Positions 12,057 through 24,929 of a DNA stretch of 64,000 nucleotides are shown piece after piece. Position 1 is the stretch's first letter; each line of letters begins with the position of its first letter. A model generated the notes under the pieces. That model did not search any database and was not told the DNA's origin. It saw only the letters and a list, made by a program, of their open reading frames with translations. Made by a program: the position numbers and the translations under genes. The stretch is from contig OX597824.1 in the NCBI GenBank assembly GCA_951406725.2, positions 21,204,001 through 21,268,000 of the forward strand. Direction: 5' to 3'. Source of the stretch: Octopus vulgaris. Taxonomy: Eukaryota.

Positions 12057-13278
12057 TCATCCAGGTCTGAACTGCATTCTATCACAAAATTTGTGCAAGT
12101 TTTGTTTATATTCATTATAAGGGAAGCCTAAAAACACAACATGCTTCTCTGACCAATAATTGAACCTACTGGCTTAAAACTAGCTATTTTGAAAAATCCA
12201 CTGATCAGTTATTACACTCGTTTCACAGGCGTAATAGTTTATTTACTAATCCTTTAGTAAACCAAAAAATTGGTTGTTGATAATAGAAAAGTACTCTAAA
12301 CTCTTTACTCTTGACTGTTCACCGCTTCACTTTGCATTCTGGAAATAAAAACCATCTGTGATTAATTGATTAAACAAATATTACTTTATGGATAGTGCAG
12401 AAATGCACACAAACAAAAATGGGACCCACGGGACCCCAATAGCCTTTTGTGTAATTCCAACACCATCCCATGGAGGGTTAATCATCCAGATCTGAACTGC
12501 ATTCACATTCATTATGAGGGAAGCTTAAGAACAGAACATGCTTCTCTGACCAAAAATTGAACATCATCATCATCATCATCATCATCGTTTAGCGTCCTAC
12601 CTGCTTAACCATTTCCTTACTGTATTTCTGTTGAGATGCTCTGTGTTTCTTTCAATTAATTTTGAATATAACAAAGAATTTAGAAAAGTAACTTAGTTAT
12701 CATTAAACTAGTGTTAGGAACATAAATTGTTACTATGGTTTGGTGGAAGATTTTAATTCAAAACCTATGAAAACAAGACATTTGTACTACAGAGCCAGAG
12801 GTGATTTCAGCTGGGTTGGTATCAAAAAGGTTAAGAATTGTTTCTCTATTACATATTTTAAACCTTTCGTTACTGTATTTCTGTTGAGATGCTCTGTGTT
12901 TCTTTCAATTACTTTAAATATAACAAAGAATTTAGTAAAATAACTTAGTTATCATTAAGCTAGTGTTAGGAACATAAATTATGACTAAGGTTTGGTGGAA
13001 GATTTTAATTCAAAACTTATGAAAACAAGACATTTGTACTCAGAGCCAGAGCCGGTTTCAGCCGGGTTGGTAAAGAAAGGGTTGAAACCAGCTATTCTGA
13101 AAAACCCACCAATCAGCTATTACACTCGTCTCACAAGCGTAATAGTTTATTTACTAATCCTTTAGTAAACCAAAAAATTGGTTGTTGATAATAGAAAAGT
13201 ACTCTAAACTCTTTACTCTTGACTGTTCACTGCTTCACTTTGCACTCTGGAAATAAAAACCATCTGTGATTAATTGAT
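11943..13278. repeat. ~425-bp tandem duplication whose second unit is interrupted by insertions
   Basis: 11943-12367 matches 12368-12562 plus 13085-13278. Confidence 0.85.
12605..13085 (+). mobile_element. Two adjacent ~230-bp TTAA-flanked MITEs
   Basis: 12605-12834 and 12858-13085 are near-identical, with termini resembling TTAACCCTTTCGTTAC...GTAACGAAAGGGTTAA. Confidence 0.7.
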
Positions 13279-13609
13279 TTGGTGTCAGGAATCAAACTCC
13301 TGGAATCAACTCGGAATCTGGGTTAGTAGCCCACGCTCTTAACCACTATGCCATATGCCCGTCAAATGTAAATATTGCAAATATAATTTCTAAAATCTAG
13401 CCACTGACTTTAAGCGACAGACTGCTTTGGAAACCTGTCTTTGCTCAGACTTCAGAATACTTTGTTGAAACTTAACAATCTAACGTAGGAGGGAAAGGAG
13501 GATTGTTGAAACAGAATGGTTGAGTGTGAAGGAGTGGCTGTTTGGCACCTTATCCATTATGGCTAAGGCACTAAATAAAGATCCATTTCTTGTTGAAGAA
13601 TTTTGATAC

Positions 13610-13821
13610 TCATTTATTCATTTACTTGCTTCAGTCATTTGACTGCGGCCATGCTGGAGTACCGCCTTTAGTTGAACAAATCGACCCCAGGTCTTATTCT
13701 TTGTAAGCCTAGTACTTATTCTATCGGTCTCTTTTGCCAAACCACTAAGTTATGGGGATGTGAACACACCAATATCAATTGTCAAGCAATGGTGGGGGGA
13801 CAAGCACAGACACACAAACAC

Positions 13822-13899
<78 letters not shown>

Positions 13900-14075
13900 A
13901 TGTGTGTGTATATGATGGGCTTCTTTCAGTTTCCGTCTACCAAATTCACTAACAAGGCTTTGGTTGACCCGAGGCTATAATAGAAGACACTTGCCTAAGG
14001 TGCCATGCAGTGGTACTGAACCTGGAACCATGTGGTTGGGAAGCAAGCTACTTACCACACAGCCATGCATGTGCC
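13610..14075 (-). mobile_element. SINE family B (tRNA head, CORE-like motif, internal microsatellite)
   Basis: Reverse complement of GGCTGTGTGGTAAGTAGCTT...GGCAAGTGTCTTC...(TA/TG)n...GGCCGCAGTCAAATGACTGAA. Confidence 0.85.
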
Positions 14076-14766
14076 TAGTTAATTTTTTCTTTTTTCAGTA
14101 AGATATTTAATTCTGCTTTTTCTTTATTAATTTAACCATAGAATTAATATTTGGTCTTTTGGAAACATAACTTGAGAGTGACCAGTGTCTCACTTAGGGA
14201 AAATTTTGTCTGAAATTTGCTTAAAGCAAAAGAACTTTGAACTTAGCACCAAGCTCATGAATGTCTGTGGTTTTTTTGGAATTGAATTAATTATCTATTG
14301 TATTTTTCTCAGAATTTGCTGGACTCAAAAGCTTTAAAAAATATAAAGATATAAATGGTTAATTTGATGTCTTCAAAGAGCTGCATTTGATGGTAGAACC
14401 ATGAAATATGGTAACAATCATCATCATCATCATCATTGTCATCGTCATCGTCATTGCTGTTGTTGATGCCACCACCACCACCACCACCAAAACCACCACC
14501 AAAACCACCACCAAAACCACCACCACCACCATTTGAGGTCTGTATCCCATGCAGGCATGGGTTGGACGACTTGACAGGATCTGATGGGTCTAAGGACTGC
14601 GTCGTGATCCAGTGCCAGTTTTTGGCATGGGTTAAACAGTGGACACTCTTCCTAGCACCATCCCCTTTGCAGTGTGCAATGGGTGCTTTTTTGTGTGCCA
14701 CTCATGAGGTTGTCATGTAGCTTGCAAGACAAGACTACAAAAACTGAAGTGGAAGGGGCCGTGGAC

Positions 14767-14812
14767 GCCTCTGATGAGATCTCAATAAGGCTCGAAAATC
14801 GAATAAGGTTGT
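14767..14812 (+). ncRNA. Candidate minimal type I hammerhead ribozyme (imperfect)
   Basis: GCCT-CTGATGA-GATCT.CAATA.AGGCTC-GAAA-A-TCGA-A-TA-AGGT. Core boxes are intact and stem I has 4 bp, but stem III has an A-A mismatch. Confidence 0.45.
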
Positions 14813-14983
14813 TTATGCAAGAAGCTGAAGGGCTTAAAGTTTGACAGAAAGAGGAAGGACTACATGGGTCCTCACATTTAGAAGAGAGTTTTGCTATGAT
14901 CAGAAGGAGCAAGGCTTTGGGATATTTGGAATAAATTTTACATTACCAATGTCAGGAAAATGACAGAAAGTAACTCCAAGATG

Positions 14984-15500
14984 AAGGCGGCAAGTTGGCA
15001 GAAACATTAGCACGCTGGGCAAAATGTTTAGCGGTATTCTGTCTGCTGCTACATTCTGAATTCAAATTCCGTGGACGTCGACTTTGCCTTTCATCCTTTC
15101 AGAGCTGATTAAATAAGTACCAGTTACGCACTGGGGTTGATATAATCGACTTAATCCGTTTGTCCTTGTTTGTCCTCTCTGTATTTAGCCCCTTGTGGGT
15201 AATAAAGAAATAGGTATTTTATCTGCCGCTACGTTCTGAGTTCAAATTCTGCTGAGGTCGACTTTGCCTTTAATCCTTTCAGGGTTGATTAAATAAGTAC
15301 CAGTTATGCACTGGGGTTGATATAATTGACTTAATCCGTTTGTCTGTCCTTGTTTGTCCCCTCTGTCTGTAGCCCCTTGTGGGTAGTAAAGAAATAAGAA
15401 AGTAACTCCAAGAATTTAAACTGGGGTCCATATAATCGACTTAATCCATTTGGCTGTCCCCTCTGTGTTTAGCCCCTTGTAGGCAGTAAAAAAATAAGAA
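14984..15500 (+). mobile_element. SINE family A, head plus two units plus a partial third tail
   Basis: AAGAAATAG|GTATTT junction. The TSD AGAAAGTAACTCCAAGA occurs three times. Confidence 0.88.
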
Positions 15501-16814
15501 AGTAACTCCAAGAATTTAAACCATTAATGCAAGAAGAAACTCTTAAAGTGGATCGTGGAATCTACATTACCATGGTAACTGAAACTATTATTACTGTTGT
15601 AAGTAAAACTACTATAAGTGTGCCAAATAGATTATTCCATCTAACACCATTTTAACATTTTTCCGTTATTTTTCTGTTTGTAATTTGAAAGGAAAAGAAT
15701 TATCCCAGCTGGGAACATGGATTTATATGGAAGTTCCATCAATGTTGTAAGTGAAAAAAGAAAAAAAAAAAATACTCCACTTTCTATCACCATTCTTATC
15801 AATAAATATTTTTCCTGATTAGATGACTTGAAAAACTAAAAACCAAATCAATTTTCTTGACTTTTCATTTCCTGAAATATCCTATTTGAAGATCTGAAGA
15901 GGATAAAGAATAAAAAAAAAAAAAAAGACCAGTCAGAAAAGTAAATTTTTCAAAAAGAAATATAAGAATCAGGCGTGATTCATTGATTTGTCATCATTAG
16001 AATTGGTTATAACGAGGAACTGAATTTGAGTCAAGGTAGAAGCAAACAAAGAAATTCACAAAAATCAGAAGAATTCTTGTAAAATTTGTAGTTTTATTTT
16101 CACAAAGAGTGGCCACATGAGATTTATGCTTTAAGAACACGAAGTGAAATGGTGAGAAAAATTTTTCAATAAATAGTTTGATTTTTGCAACAACAGTCTG
16201 TGAACTACTTGGATTAGTTCAACTTATTTTCTTTTTTTTCTGTTATTGGTTTCTTTCCCCTCTACCACCACCACCACCGCTGCCACCACCCCAGAGAACA
16301 GTGAGATTGATGCCATTAAAGTTCAAGAAATTGACTCATACATAGAACCACCCTTCCCATTATCGACTATATATGGCACTATGTTAACTGCAAAATAAGG
16401 TAAGACATACGTGTATATATGTGTGTGTGTGCACGTATGTATGTATATGTATGTATGTATGTATATATGTATGTATGTATGTGTATATATATATATATAC
16501 ATACACACACATGCACACACACATATATATATATATACATACACATATACATATTTATATATATATACACACACACGCACAAATGCACAAATGCACATAT
16601 ATACATACATATATTTATACATGCACATGGTTAATCATATAGTCATGTATCTGCAAATGTATTTTCTTCAATATTGTTATACTGCTTCAGTCCATCACTC
16701 ACTGGAATAGTTGACAGGAAACTCGGAGTTATAAAACAAATAGGCTTCGTCTTTGGACTACACACACACACACACACATGCGCACATAGATGGATTCAAG
16801 CACATTGAGTCTGC

Positions 16815-17000
16815 AGAATAGGCAGAACCAAGAAAGACGGAGAAAGAAGTGGTTGAGTTTGACCTCAAGATGCTGGACCTCATGGGGAAGTTTTGAGATG
16901 ACAAAAACTGCAAGAAGAGGCTGGATACTGTGCTGAAGCAGACCCATCAAGATCATATCATCAGGAAAACAAGACATAAGTATGATGATGACAGCTACGA
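16815..17000 (+). mobile_element. Degenerate RTE ORF C-terminal remnant
   Basis: Reads PRKTEKEVVEFDLKMLDL (compare RTE GRPRKTWxEVVxxDL), followed by a (GAT)-like tail. Confidence 0.5.
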
Positions 17001-17030
17001 TGTTGATAACGGTGAAGATGATGACAACAA

Positions 17031-17065
<35 letters not shown>

Positions 17066-17214
17066 CAAAATGAGAAAATGGAGAAATATATCTAAATCAA
17101 TCATCAACTATCAGATAATACCCAATCAATACTTTATTAAACCACTACATAATAGTAATGAGATTATACATTAATATAGTACAAATATAACAAGACATAG
17201 AAATACATTTACAT

Positions 17215-17306
17215 TGTAGCTGACAGCTGTTTCGGCCGTGAAGACAGGTATGTCTCATTTAACCTATGAGACATTAACAAGAATATCTCACGACCTCTTC
17301 AGAGAT
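17215..17306 (-). ncRNA. Hammerhead ribozyme motif (left-arm copy)
   Basis: Minus strand: CTGAAGA-GGTCGTGA...TCACGGCC-GAAA-CAGCTG-TC. Confidence 0.68.
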
Positions 17307-17383
17307 TTTAATGCAAGTATTAGTACAAATCCTAAATAATTTACATATAAATATAAATATGTGTGCATGCACACTCATATTCC

Positions 17384-17421
<38 letters not shown>

Positions 17422-17949
17422 ATAATACAATATAAACAATATAGATCAATATACATCAACAAACACAACAATGTTCCATATTGAACGCCACAGCTCCTCA
17501 ACCAACATCAAGAAACCACAACAGACACACTCACACTCAAAGCAGGCATATATATTAAACAGTCCAATATATTAAAATGTGTCATTTCACAAAAAGTCAA
17601 TAAAGCTAATATCACCACGACGATGCCATCCAATGCAAGCGGACATCCGCATGGTACCGTCGTGGTGATATTAGCTTTATTGACTTTTTGTGAAATGACA
17701 CATTTTAATATATTGGACTGTTTAATATATATGCCTGCTTTGAGTGTGAGTGTGTCTGTTGTGGTTTCTTGATGTTGGTTGAGGAGCTGTGGAGTCCAAT
17801 ATGGAACATTGTTGTGTTTGTTGATGTATATTGATCTATATTGTTTATATTGTATTATTGTGTATATATATATGTAGGAATATGAGTGTGTATGCACACA
17901 TATTTATATTTATATGTAAATTATTTAGGATTTGTACTAATACTTGCAT

Positions 17950-18072
17950 TAAAATCTCTGAAGAGGCCGTGAGATATTCTTGTTAATGTCTCATTTATAC
18001 CTGCTTTATATGGCTAATAGGTTAAATGAGACATACCTGTCTTCACGGCCGAAACAGCTGTCAGCTACAATG
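17950..18072 (+). ncRNA. Hammerhead ribozyme motif (right-arm copy)
   Basis: CTGAAGA (17958-17964), 8-bp stem II GGCCGTGA/TCACGGCC, GAAA (18051-18054), palindromic CAGCTG, GUC site ending at 18062. Stem I is weak. Confidence 0.72.
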
Positions 18073-18387
18073 TAAATGTATTTCTATGTCTTGTAATATT
18101 TGTACTATATTAATGTATAATATCATTGCTTTTATGTAGTGGTTTAATAAAGTATTGATTGGGTATTATCTGATAGTTGATGATTGATTTAGATATATTT
18201 CTCCATTTTCTCATTTTGTATTATTAATTTACGGTAAAAATAATTTTACCTTTGCCCACATAATACAGTAGATGAATTAATTGCATCGCAATTTTTAACA
18301 TTTATGTATTAGCTTTGTTGGGTACTTCTCTAGCAGTATATTGGATATATGTTATCCCATGGAGGGTTGAATTTACAACCCCTATCT

Positions 18388-18471
<84 letters not shown>

Positions 18472-18474
<3 letters not shown>

Positions 18475-18635
18475 TGCAGGAGTGGCTGTGTGGTAAGTAG
18501 CTTGCTAACCAACCACATGTTTGTGGGTTCAGTCCCACTGCATGGCATCTTGGGCAAGTGTGTTCTGCTATAGCCCCAGGCCGACCAATGCCTTGTGAGT
18601 GGATTTGGTAGACGGAAACTGAAAGAAGCCTGTCG

Positions 18636-18668
<33 letters not shown>

Positions 18669-18855
18669 TTGTGTGTCTGTGTTTGTCCCCCTAGCATTGC
18701 TTGACAACCGATGCTGGTGTGTTTACGTCCCCGTCACTTAGCGGTTCGGCAAAAGAGACCGATGGAATAAGTACTGGGCTTACAAAGAATAAGTCCCGGG
18801 CTCGATTTGATCAACTTGTTTCAAATGACTGAAACAAGTAAAAGAGTAAAAGAGT
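18472..18855 (+). mobile_element. SINE family B
   Basis: Head GGTGCAGGAGTGGCTGTGTGGTAAG, internal (TA)n(TG)n, tail (GTAAAAGA)n. Confidence 0.88.
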
Positions 18856-18891
18856 ATATATATATATGTTTGTGTGTGTATATATATATAT

Positions 18892-19350
18892 ATCATCATC
18901 ATCATCGTTTAACGTCTGCTTTCCATGCTAGCATGGGTTGGACGATTTGACTGAGGTTTGGCAAACTAGATTGGAGCCTGGTGCACCAGGCTCCAATCTT
19001 GATCTGGCAGAGTTTCTACAGCTGGATGCCCTTCCTAACGCCAACCACTCCACGAGTGCCACTGGCACGGGGGCCAGTCGGGCGGTACTGGCAACGACCT
19101 CGCTCAAATGTTTTTACATGTTCCACTGGCACAAGTGCCAGTAAGGCGATGCTTGTAACGATCACGCTCGAATGGTGCCTTTTACGTGCCACCAGCAGAG
19201 AAGCCAGTTAGCCTCACTGGCAACAACCACACTCAGATGGTGCCCTTAGCACCCTACTAGCACAGGGCACAAGTGCCAGTAAGGCGAAGCCGGTAACGAT
19301 CACACTCGAATAGTGCCTTTTATGTGCCACTGGCATGGAGCCGTTAGTCG
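18892..19350 (-). mobile_element. RTE 3' UTR (family C)
   Basis: (CAT)n-CGTTTAACGTC start and several GTGCC..GGCAC units. Confidence 0.8.
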
Positions 19351-20061
19351 CTCTATATATGTGTGTATATATATATATATATATCTACACACACATAAAT
19401 ATATATATATATACACACACACACACATACACACATACACACACCCATATGCAGGTGCACTCACATACGCACGCGTGCACACACACACACACATAATTAT
19501 TATTGATGAAAACTGGGAACTTGTCCAAGGGGTATAATTGCCTTTCATTTGTTGGATTACACGAAAACAATAAAACAATAGCCCTTAAAAGTACATTGGA
19601 AGTTCATCCACACACACACACACACACAACACACAAACACACACACGCACACACATACACACAACACACACACAGGCATACACACTTATTCAGAACTTAA
19701 CTGCAACTCCTGGTGGTCCAAATCCGATATGTAATCTATGTGGGCGTCTTTCCAATACATTGTCTTGGTGGATCTAAGGCGTAAGTACAGGAGGTGGTCA
19801 GACTCTGCATGAGGAGTAGACAACGATGCTTTCTTCCAAGGAATCTAATGCTCTTAGCTTAGTTTTTCCTTGGGGCTGGCCAGATTGGAGAAATCTCAAG
19901 ATTAATCAGCCGAAATTGTGAAGATGATCCGGTTCTTGACTGAGGATAGAAAGCTTTAAATGACCCGTCCTTGTTTTTTTGTATCATCTATCTGGATGTT
20001 TTGTTGTCCCTTTTTGTATCACCTAGTTATCCGGATGTTTTGCGTTCTTGTCCCATTTTGC

Positions 20062-20154
<93 letters not shown>

Positions 20155-20484
20155 GTGTGTGTGTGTGTGTCTGTGTCTGTGTTTGTCCCCTCTGCATCAC
20201 TTGACAATTGATGTTGGTGTGTTTACATCCCCCTTAACTTAGCAGTTCGGCAAAAGAGACCGATACAATAAGAACTAAGCTTACAAAGAATAATTCCTGA
20301 GATCAATTTGTTCGACTCAATTCGGTGCTCCAGCATGACCGCAGTCAAATGACTGAAACGAGTAAAAGAGTAAAAGTGTATAAAGGAGTTAACCGATTAA
20401 CGTTAACTTCTGTTACGTTTTCAAAGATTTAAACGGATTAACGATTAATGAAGATAGCTTTTCAATTAATGGTGCCCACCTCTG

Positions 20485-20540
<56 letters not shown>

Positions 20541-20575
20541 AATATATATATACATATATATATATACACATACAT

Positions 20576-20614
<39 letters not shown>

Positions 20615-20621
20615 TATATCT

Positions 20622-20652
<31 letters not shown>

Positions 20653-20672
20653 TATATATATACATACATACA

Positions 20673-21938
20673 CAGGGTGCGATGGATAAATTGTCGCCCC
20701 TTTATATTTTTACTTCCACACATGTACATTGTTTGTTTTTGATTTTGTTGACTACACAGTATAGTAGGGTCAGTTGGGCACTGTCTGTGAGAAGAATAGC
20801 ACCATGACACAATTCACTCTGCCAGAAATTTGGAAATAACATGCTGTACTGCTTTGTATTCATGCTAGAAGCTTGAATACAAACTTTTTGGAGTGTTTGG
20901 GTGTTAATCTGAGGACAGTGCAGAGGATTTGGAAAGAGTTGGATGAGTCTAATGGTGATTATGAAGGAACGGCAGCTCAGAAAACTCGCTCTGACAATAA
21001 GAGAACTCCTGAATTTGTTGGTGAGATCCAGGCCATGATTGACAACAATCTCTCCATGTCAATCAGGGACATGAGTGTGTCTGAGTTTCTTTTCAGGCAG
21101 GTAGTGTATGAAGACATTCAGTGTTCCTCATACAAGATGAAAAAAGGGCCAACTTTTATCCCAAGCCATCAAGGACAAGAGAAAAGACCGTGCTACAAAG
21201 CATTTGAATAAACTCAAACATCCCCTCCAAATGAAAATGCTTTGGTTTTCATCAGACGAGAAAAATTTCTGCTAGGATCAGATGGTAAACACACAGAACA
21301 ACTGTTGGCTTGCTGTGTCCTCAAAACATGTACTGAGAGTGATAAAAATCAGACATTCACTCAACATCATGGTGTTTTGAGTAATCACTAGTGATGGCGA
21401 CATTATGCCTCCATTCATCTTCCCACATGATCTCAGACTCAACACAGAAGCCTACATCAAATGCCTAGATGAGGTAGTGCTGCCCTGGATTAAGAGACCT
21501 AGGCAACAAGATTCTGCACCATGTCACACAAGCAGGAGAACCCAATTATGGCTGTCAGACAATTTCTGCGACAACATCACCCCTAACATCTGGCCACCTA
21601 ACTTCCAAGACAGCAAGCCACACCCTTAATTATTATGTGTGAGGCAAAGTTGAGCGAGAGATCAAGAAAATGCCTTGTAACACAAAAGATGAACAGAAAG
21701 CAAGGATTATGGCAGCATTGACCAACTTAAACAAGGAGACCACCCAGAAGAGTTCCAGGAGATTCTGAAGTCGTCTGGAGGCCGTGGTTGAAGCCAATGG
21801 TGATTTTATTCAATAAATTTACTCTTCTGTATTTCAAGATATTTTTATGTAATTTTGTTAAGTATATATGTTAAAATGAGATGTCAGTGTTATTTTCATT
21901 TTTGCGTAATTTAGACACCAATATATTCCCCACACTCT

Positions 21939-21939
<1 letters not shown>
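20673..21939 (+). mobile_element. Decayed near-full-length Tc1/mariner-superfamily transposon, DD37D (maT)-like
   Basis: Imperfect TIRs CAGGGTGCG.../...CACACTCTG-TA. Broken transposase motifs RTVQRI, WFSSDEKNF, MPPFIFP, QQDSAPCHT and WPPN, with about 37 residues from the second Asp to the expected third. Multiple stops and frameshifts. Confidence 0.88.
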
Positions 21940-21969
<30 letters not shown>

Positions 21970-22124
21970 AGCATCCATAAAGTGAAACAATGTATTGGTA
22001 GGTAAACAAAGGTATCAACAAATAGAAGAGAGGGAAGGGAACATCACCTTTCGATTAACTCAGAATAGGTAAAGGTACGCTTGCCAAAGTTTCATGCAGT
22101 TTAAATATTGATTGAACCAGCCAG

Positions 22125-23050
22125 GATCCCTGGTCTGGTGGTACGTAAAAAGCACTATCCGACTCGTGGCCGATGCCAGCACCGCCTCGACTGGCTTCCG
22201 TGCCGGTGGCACATAAAATACACCAATCTGACCGTGGCCGTTGCCAGCCCCGCCTGGCACCTGTGCAGGTGGCACGTAAAAAGCACCCACTACACTCACG
22301 GAGTGGTTGGCGTTAGGAAGGGCATCCAGCTGTAGAAACATTGCCAGATTAGACTGGAGCCTGGTGCAGCCTTCTGGCTTCCCAGAACCCCGGTCGAACC
22401 GTCCAACCCATGCTAGCATGGAGAACGGACGTTAAACGACGATGATGATGATGATGATTATGATTGTTTGGTATTGGAACCCTGCTGTACTCTTTCACCA
22501 CAACTTTCTCTCACTCTGTCTTCCTTTTTCTATTGTACCTGTATTTCAAAGGGCCAACCTTGTCACACTGAATCTCCCCGAGAACTACATTAAGGGTACA
22601 TGTGTCTGCGGAGTGCTCAGCCACTTGCATGTTAATTATATTAATTTCACGAGCAGGGTGTTCTGTTGATTGAACTGGAACCCTTGCCGTCATAACTGAT
22701 CGAGTGCCACGACGATAAACACATGTATGCATATATTTGTATGCATGTATACATATGTATATGTAAATTTATGTATGCCTATATACATACATACATATAT
22801 ATATATATATATTAGTATATATATCATCATCATCGTTTAATGCCCGCTTTCCATGCTAGCATGGGTTGGATGATTTGACTGAGGTCTGGCGAACCAGATG
22901 GCTGCACCAGGCCTCAATCTTGATCTGGCAGAGCTTCTACAGCTGGATGCCCTTCCTAACGCCAACCACTCTGAGAGTGTAGTGGGTGCTTTTACATGCC
23001 ACCAGCATGGGGGCCAGTCAGATGGCACTGGCAATGATCACACTCGGATA
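22125..23050. mobile_element. Two opposed family C RTE ends (22125-22460 +, 22823-23050 -) around a partial family D SINE (22480-22710 +)
   Basis: Matches to other copies in the window. Confidence 0.8.
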
Positions 23051-23319
23051 TATATATATGCACACTCAGAGAGTGAGAGAGGGGGAGAGAGAGAGGCACT
23101 CACACATGCACACATACATAAACACATACGTACACATATACATACATGTGTACATATACATACCATGTCTATATAGTTTTCTATTAATAATGTCATCCTT
23201 GCATAAGCCATATTTGATGTGAAAATGTAATTCCACAGACAAATAAAAAGAACATGGAACATTTTTACCATTTTGCAGAGGAATCTTAACTGACTCTCTA
23301 CTTCAAGATACTTGACAAA

Positions 23320-23735
23320 ACCACAACCACCACCACTACTACCACTACCACCAAAACAATAACTATCACCACCACAACCACCACCTCCGCACCAACATCA
23401 TTGCCACCCCCATTGCCATCACCACCACTACCACCACCACCACTACCACCACCACCACCACTACCACCACCACCACCACAACCACCACCACCATCACAAC
23501 CAAAACCCACCACCACCATCACTGCCACCACCACCACTGCCACCACCACCACCACTAACACCACCACCACTACCATCACCATCACCACCATCACTGCCAC
23601 CGCCATGCCTACCACCACCACCACCACAACCACCACTACCACCACCACCACCACCACCACCATCACCATCACCACCAAAACCCACCACCGCCATCACTGC
23701 CACCGCCATGCCTACCACCACCACCACCATCACTG
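23320..23735. repeat. (CAC)/(CCA) trinucleotide repeat with internal duplications
   Basis: Directly visible. Confidence 0.95.
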
Positions 23736-24051
23736 ATATTCTATTAAATGACATGATTTGATGATATTCTAGTATTTCTAATCGTTGTAAAATGTTGATC
23801 TTTCTTACCTGACCAAAATGGACAATCACCATACAGTTCGCATTGTCTGTGCATCAGCGGGAGGTAATTTAATTCTACTTATATGTGTGTGTGTGAATGT
23901 ATGTGAATGTGTGTGTGTGTGTGTGTGTACGTACTTAATAGTATATATATATGTATTTGTGCATGTACATATTTACTTGACAATGTCTGTGTGTGTAGTA
24001 CATATATATATGTGTGTGTGTGTGTTTTGTATGTATATATACTTTGTAGGG

Positions 24052-24082
<31 letters not shown>

Positions 24083-24339
24083 AAATATTTACTTGATGAT
24101 GCCTATATACATGAGTGTATATATGCATGTATGTATGTATGTATATGTACTTAATAGTGTATATGTATCTGTGTGTGTATCATATATATATGTGTATGTG
24201 TATATGTTTGCTTAAGCATGTCTACATGTGTGTGTTAATGTGGGTGTATATATGTATATGTACTTTATAGTGTGTATGTATTTCTGTGTACATGTTTACT
24301 TGACAATGTCTATATGTGTGTTCTATGCGTGTGCGTGTG

Positions 24340-24379
<40 letters not shown>

Positions 24380-24929
24380 TGTAGGAATTAAAAAAAGTGA
24401 TATTTAAATAAATAGATTTCTAAAGAGAAAGAAATCATACAGAAAAAAAAACACCCCAAAACAGAACATAACTAATTCAACACAAGCAAAGATGTAACTA
24501 GCAGGAATTGTCTTGTCATAGGATACTAATTTAGAACAAGTATGCAGAGAAAAAAAAAGCACCCGCAAAACATCTGAATGAAATCAGCCACCATCTCCAA
24601 CAGGGAGGAATATGTCTGCTCATGAAATTTAAGCAAGATGTCTATCGAGAGAATGAGCAAAGGGAAGCTGCCGTTTGTGCAGAAACACATCCTGCAGGCT
24701 CACGCTTCTAGTTAACATCAGCTGTGGTGCATTCTGGTCCCCTGCCAAAAGGATACCGTCTAACTTTGTTGATTCTTCTTACCCCACTTCCTCAATACAG
24801 GCAGCTCAGTGTGTAGTACCCCTGCAGACAAACCTGCTATATTTATTACCCGTGCAGTCTTTCAACTCCACCCTGCATACACAATAGATCCCTCCTGGAT
24901 CTGGAGTTTGTATTCTCAGAATATATATA

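Larger units (their letters stand above)
17064..18220. repeat. ~1.16-kb palindrome, probably an inverted Penelope-like terminal repeat
   Basis: Arms of ~560 bp (TACAAAATGAGAAAATGGAG.../...CTCCATTTTCTCATTTTGTA) with the centre near 17625-17655. The right arm continues to (TA)n at 18393. Confidence 0.93.

Noticed and set aside
19680-20060. Complex segment with a CNLC peptide and CTGAGGA-TA-GAAA
   Set aside because: Only 2 nt lie between the boxes so no stem II can form, and the peptide similarity is too weak to classify
23298-23832. Poly-Gly, poly-Pro and poly-Val ORFs
   Set aside because: Trinucleotide repeat translations without splice or domain support
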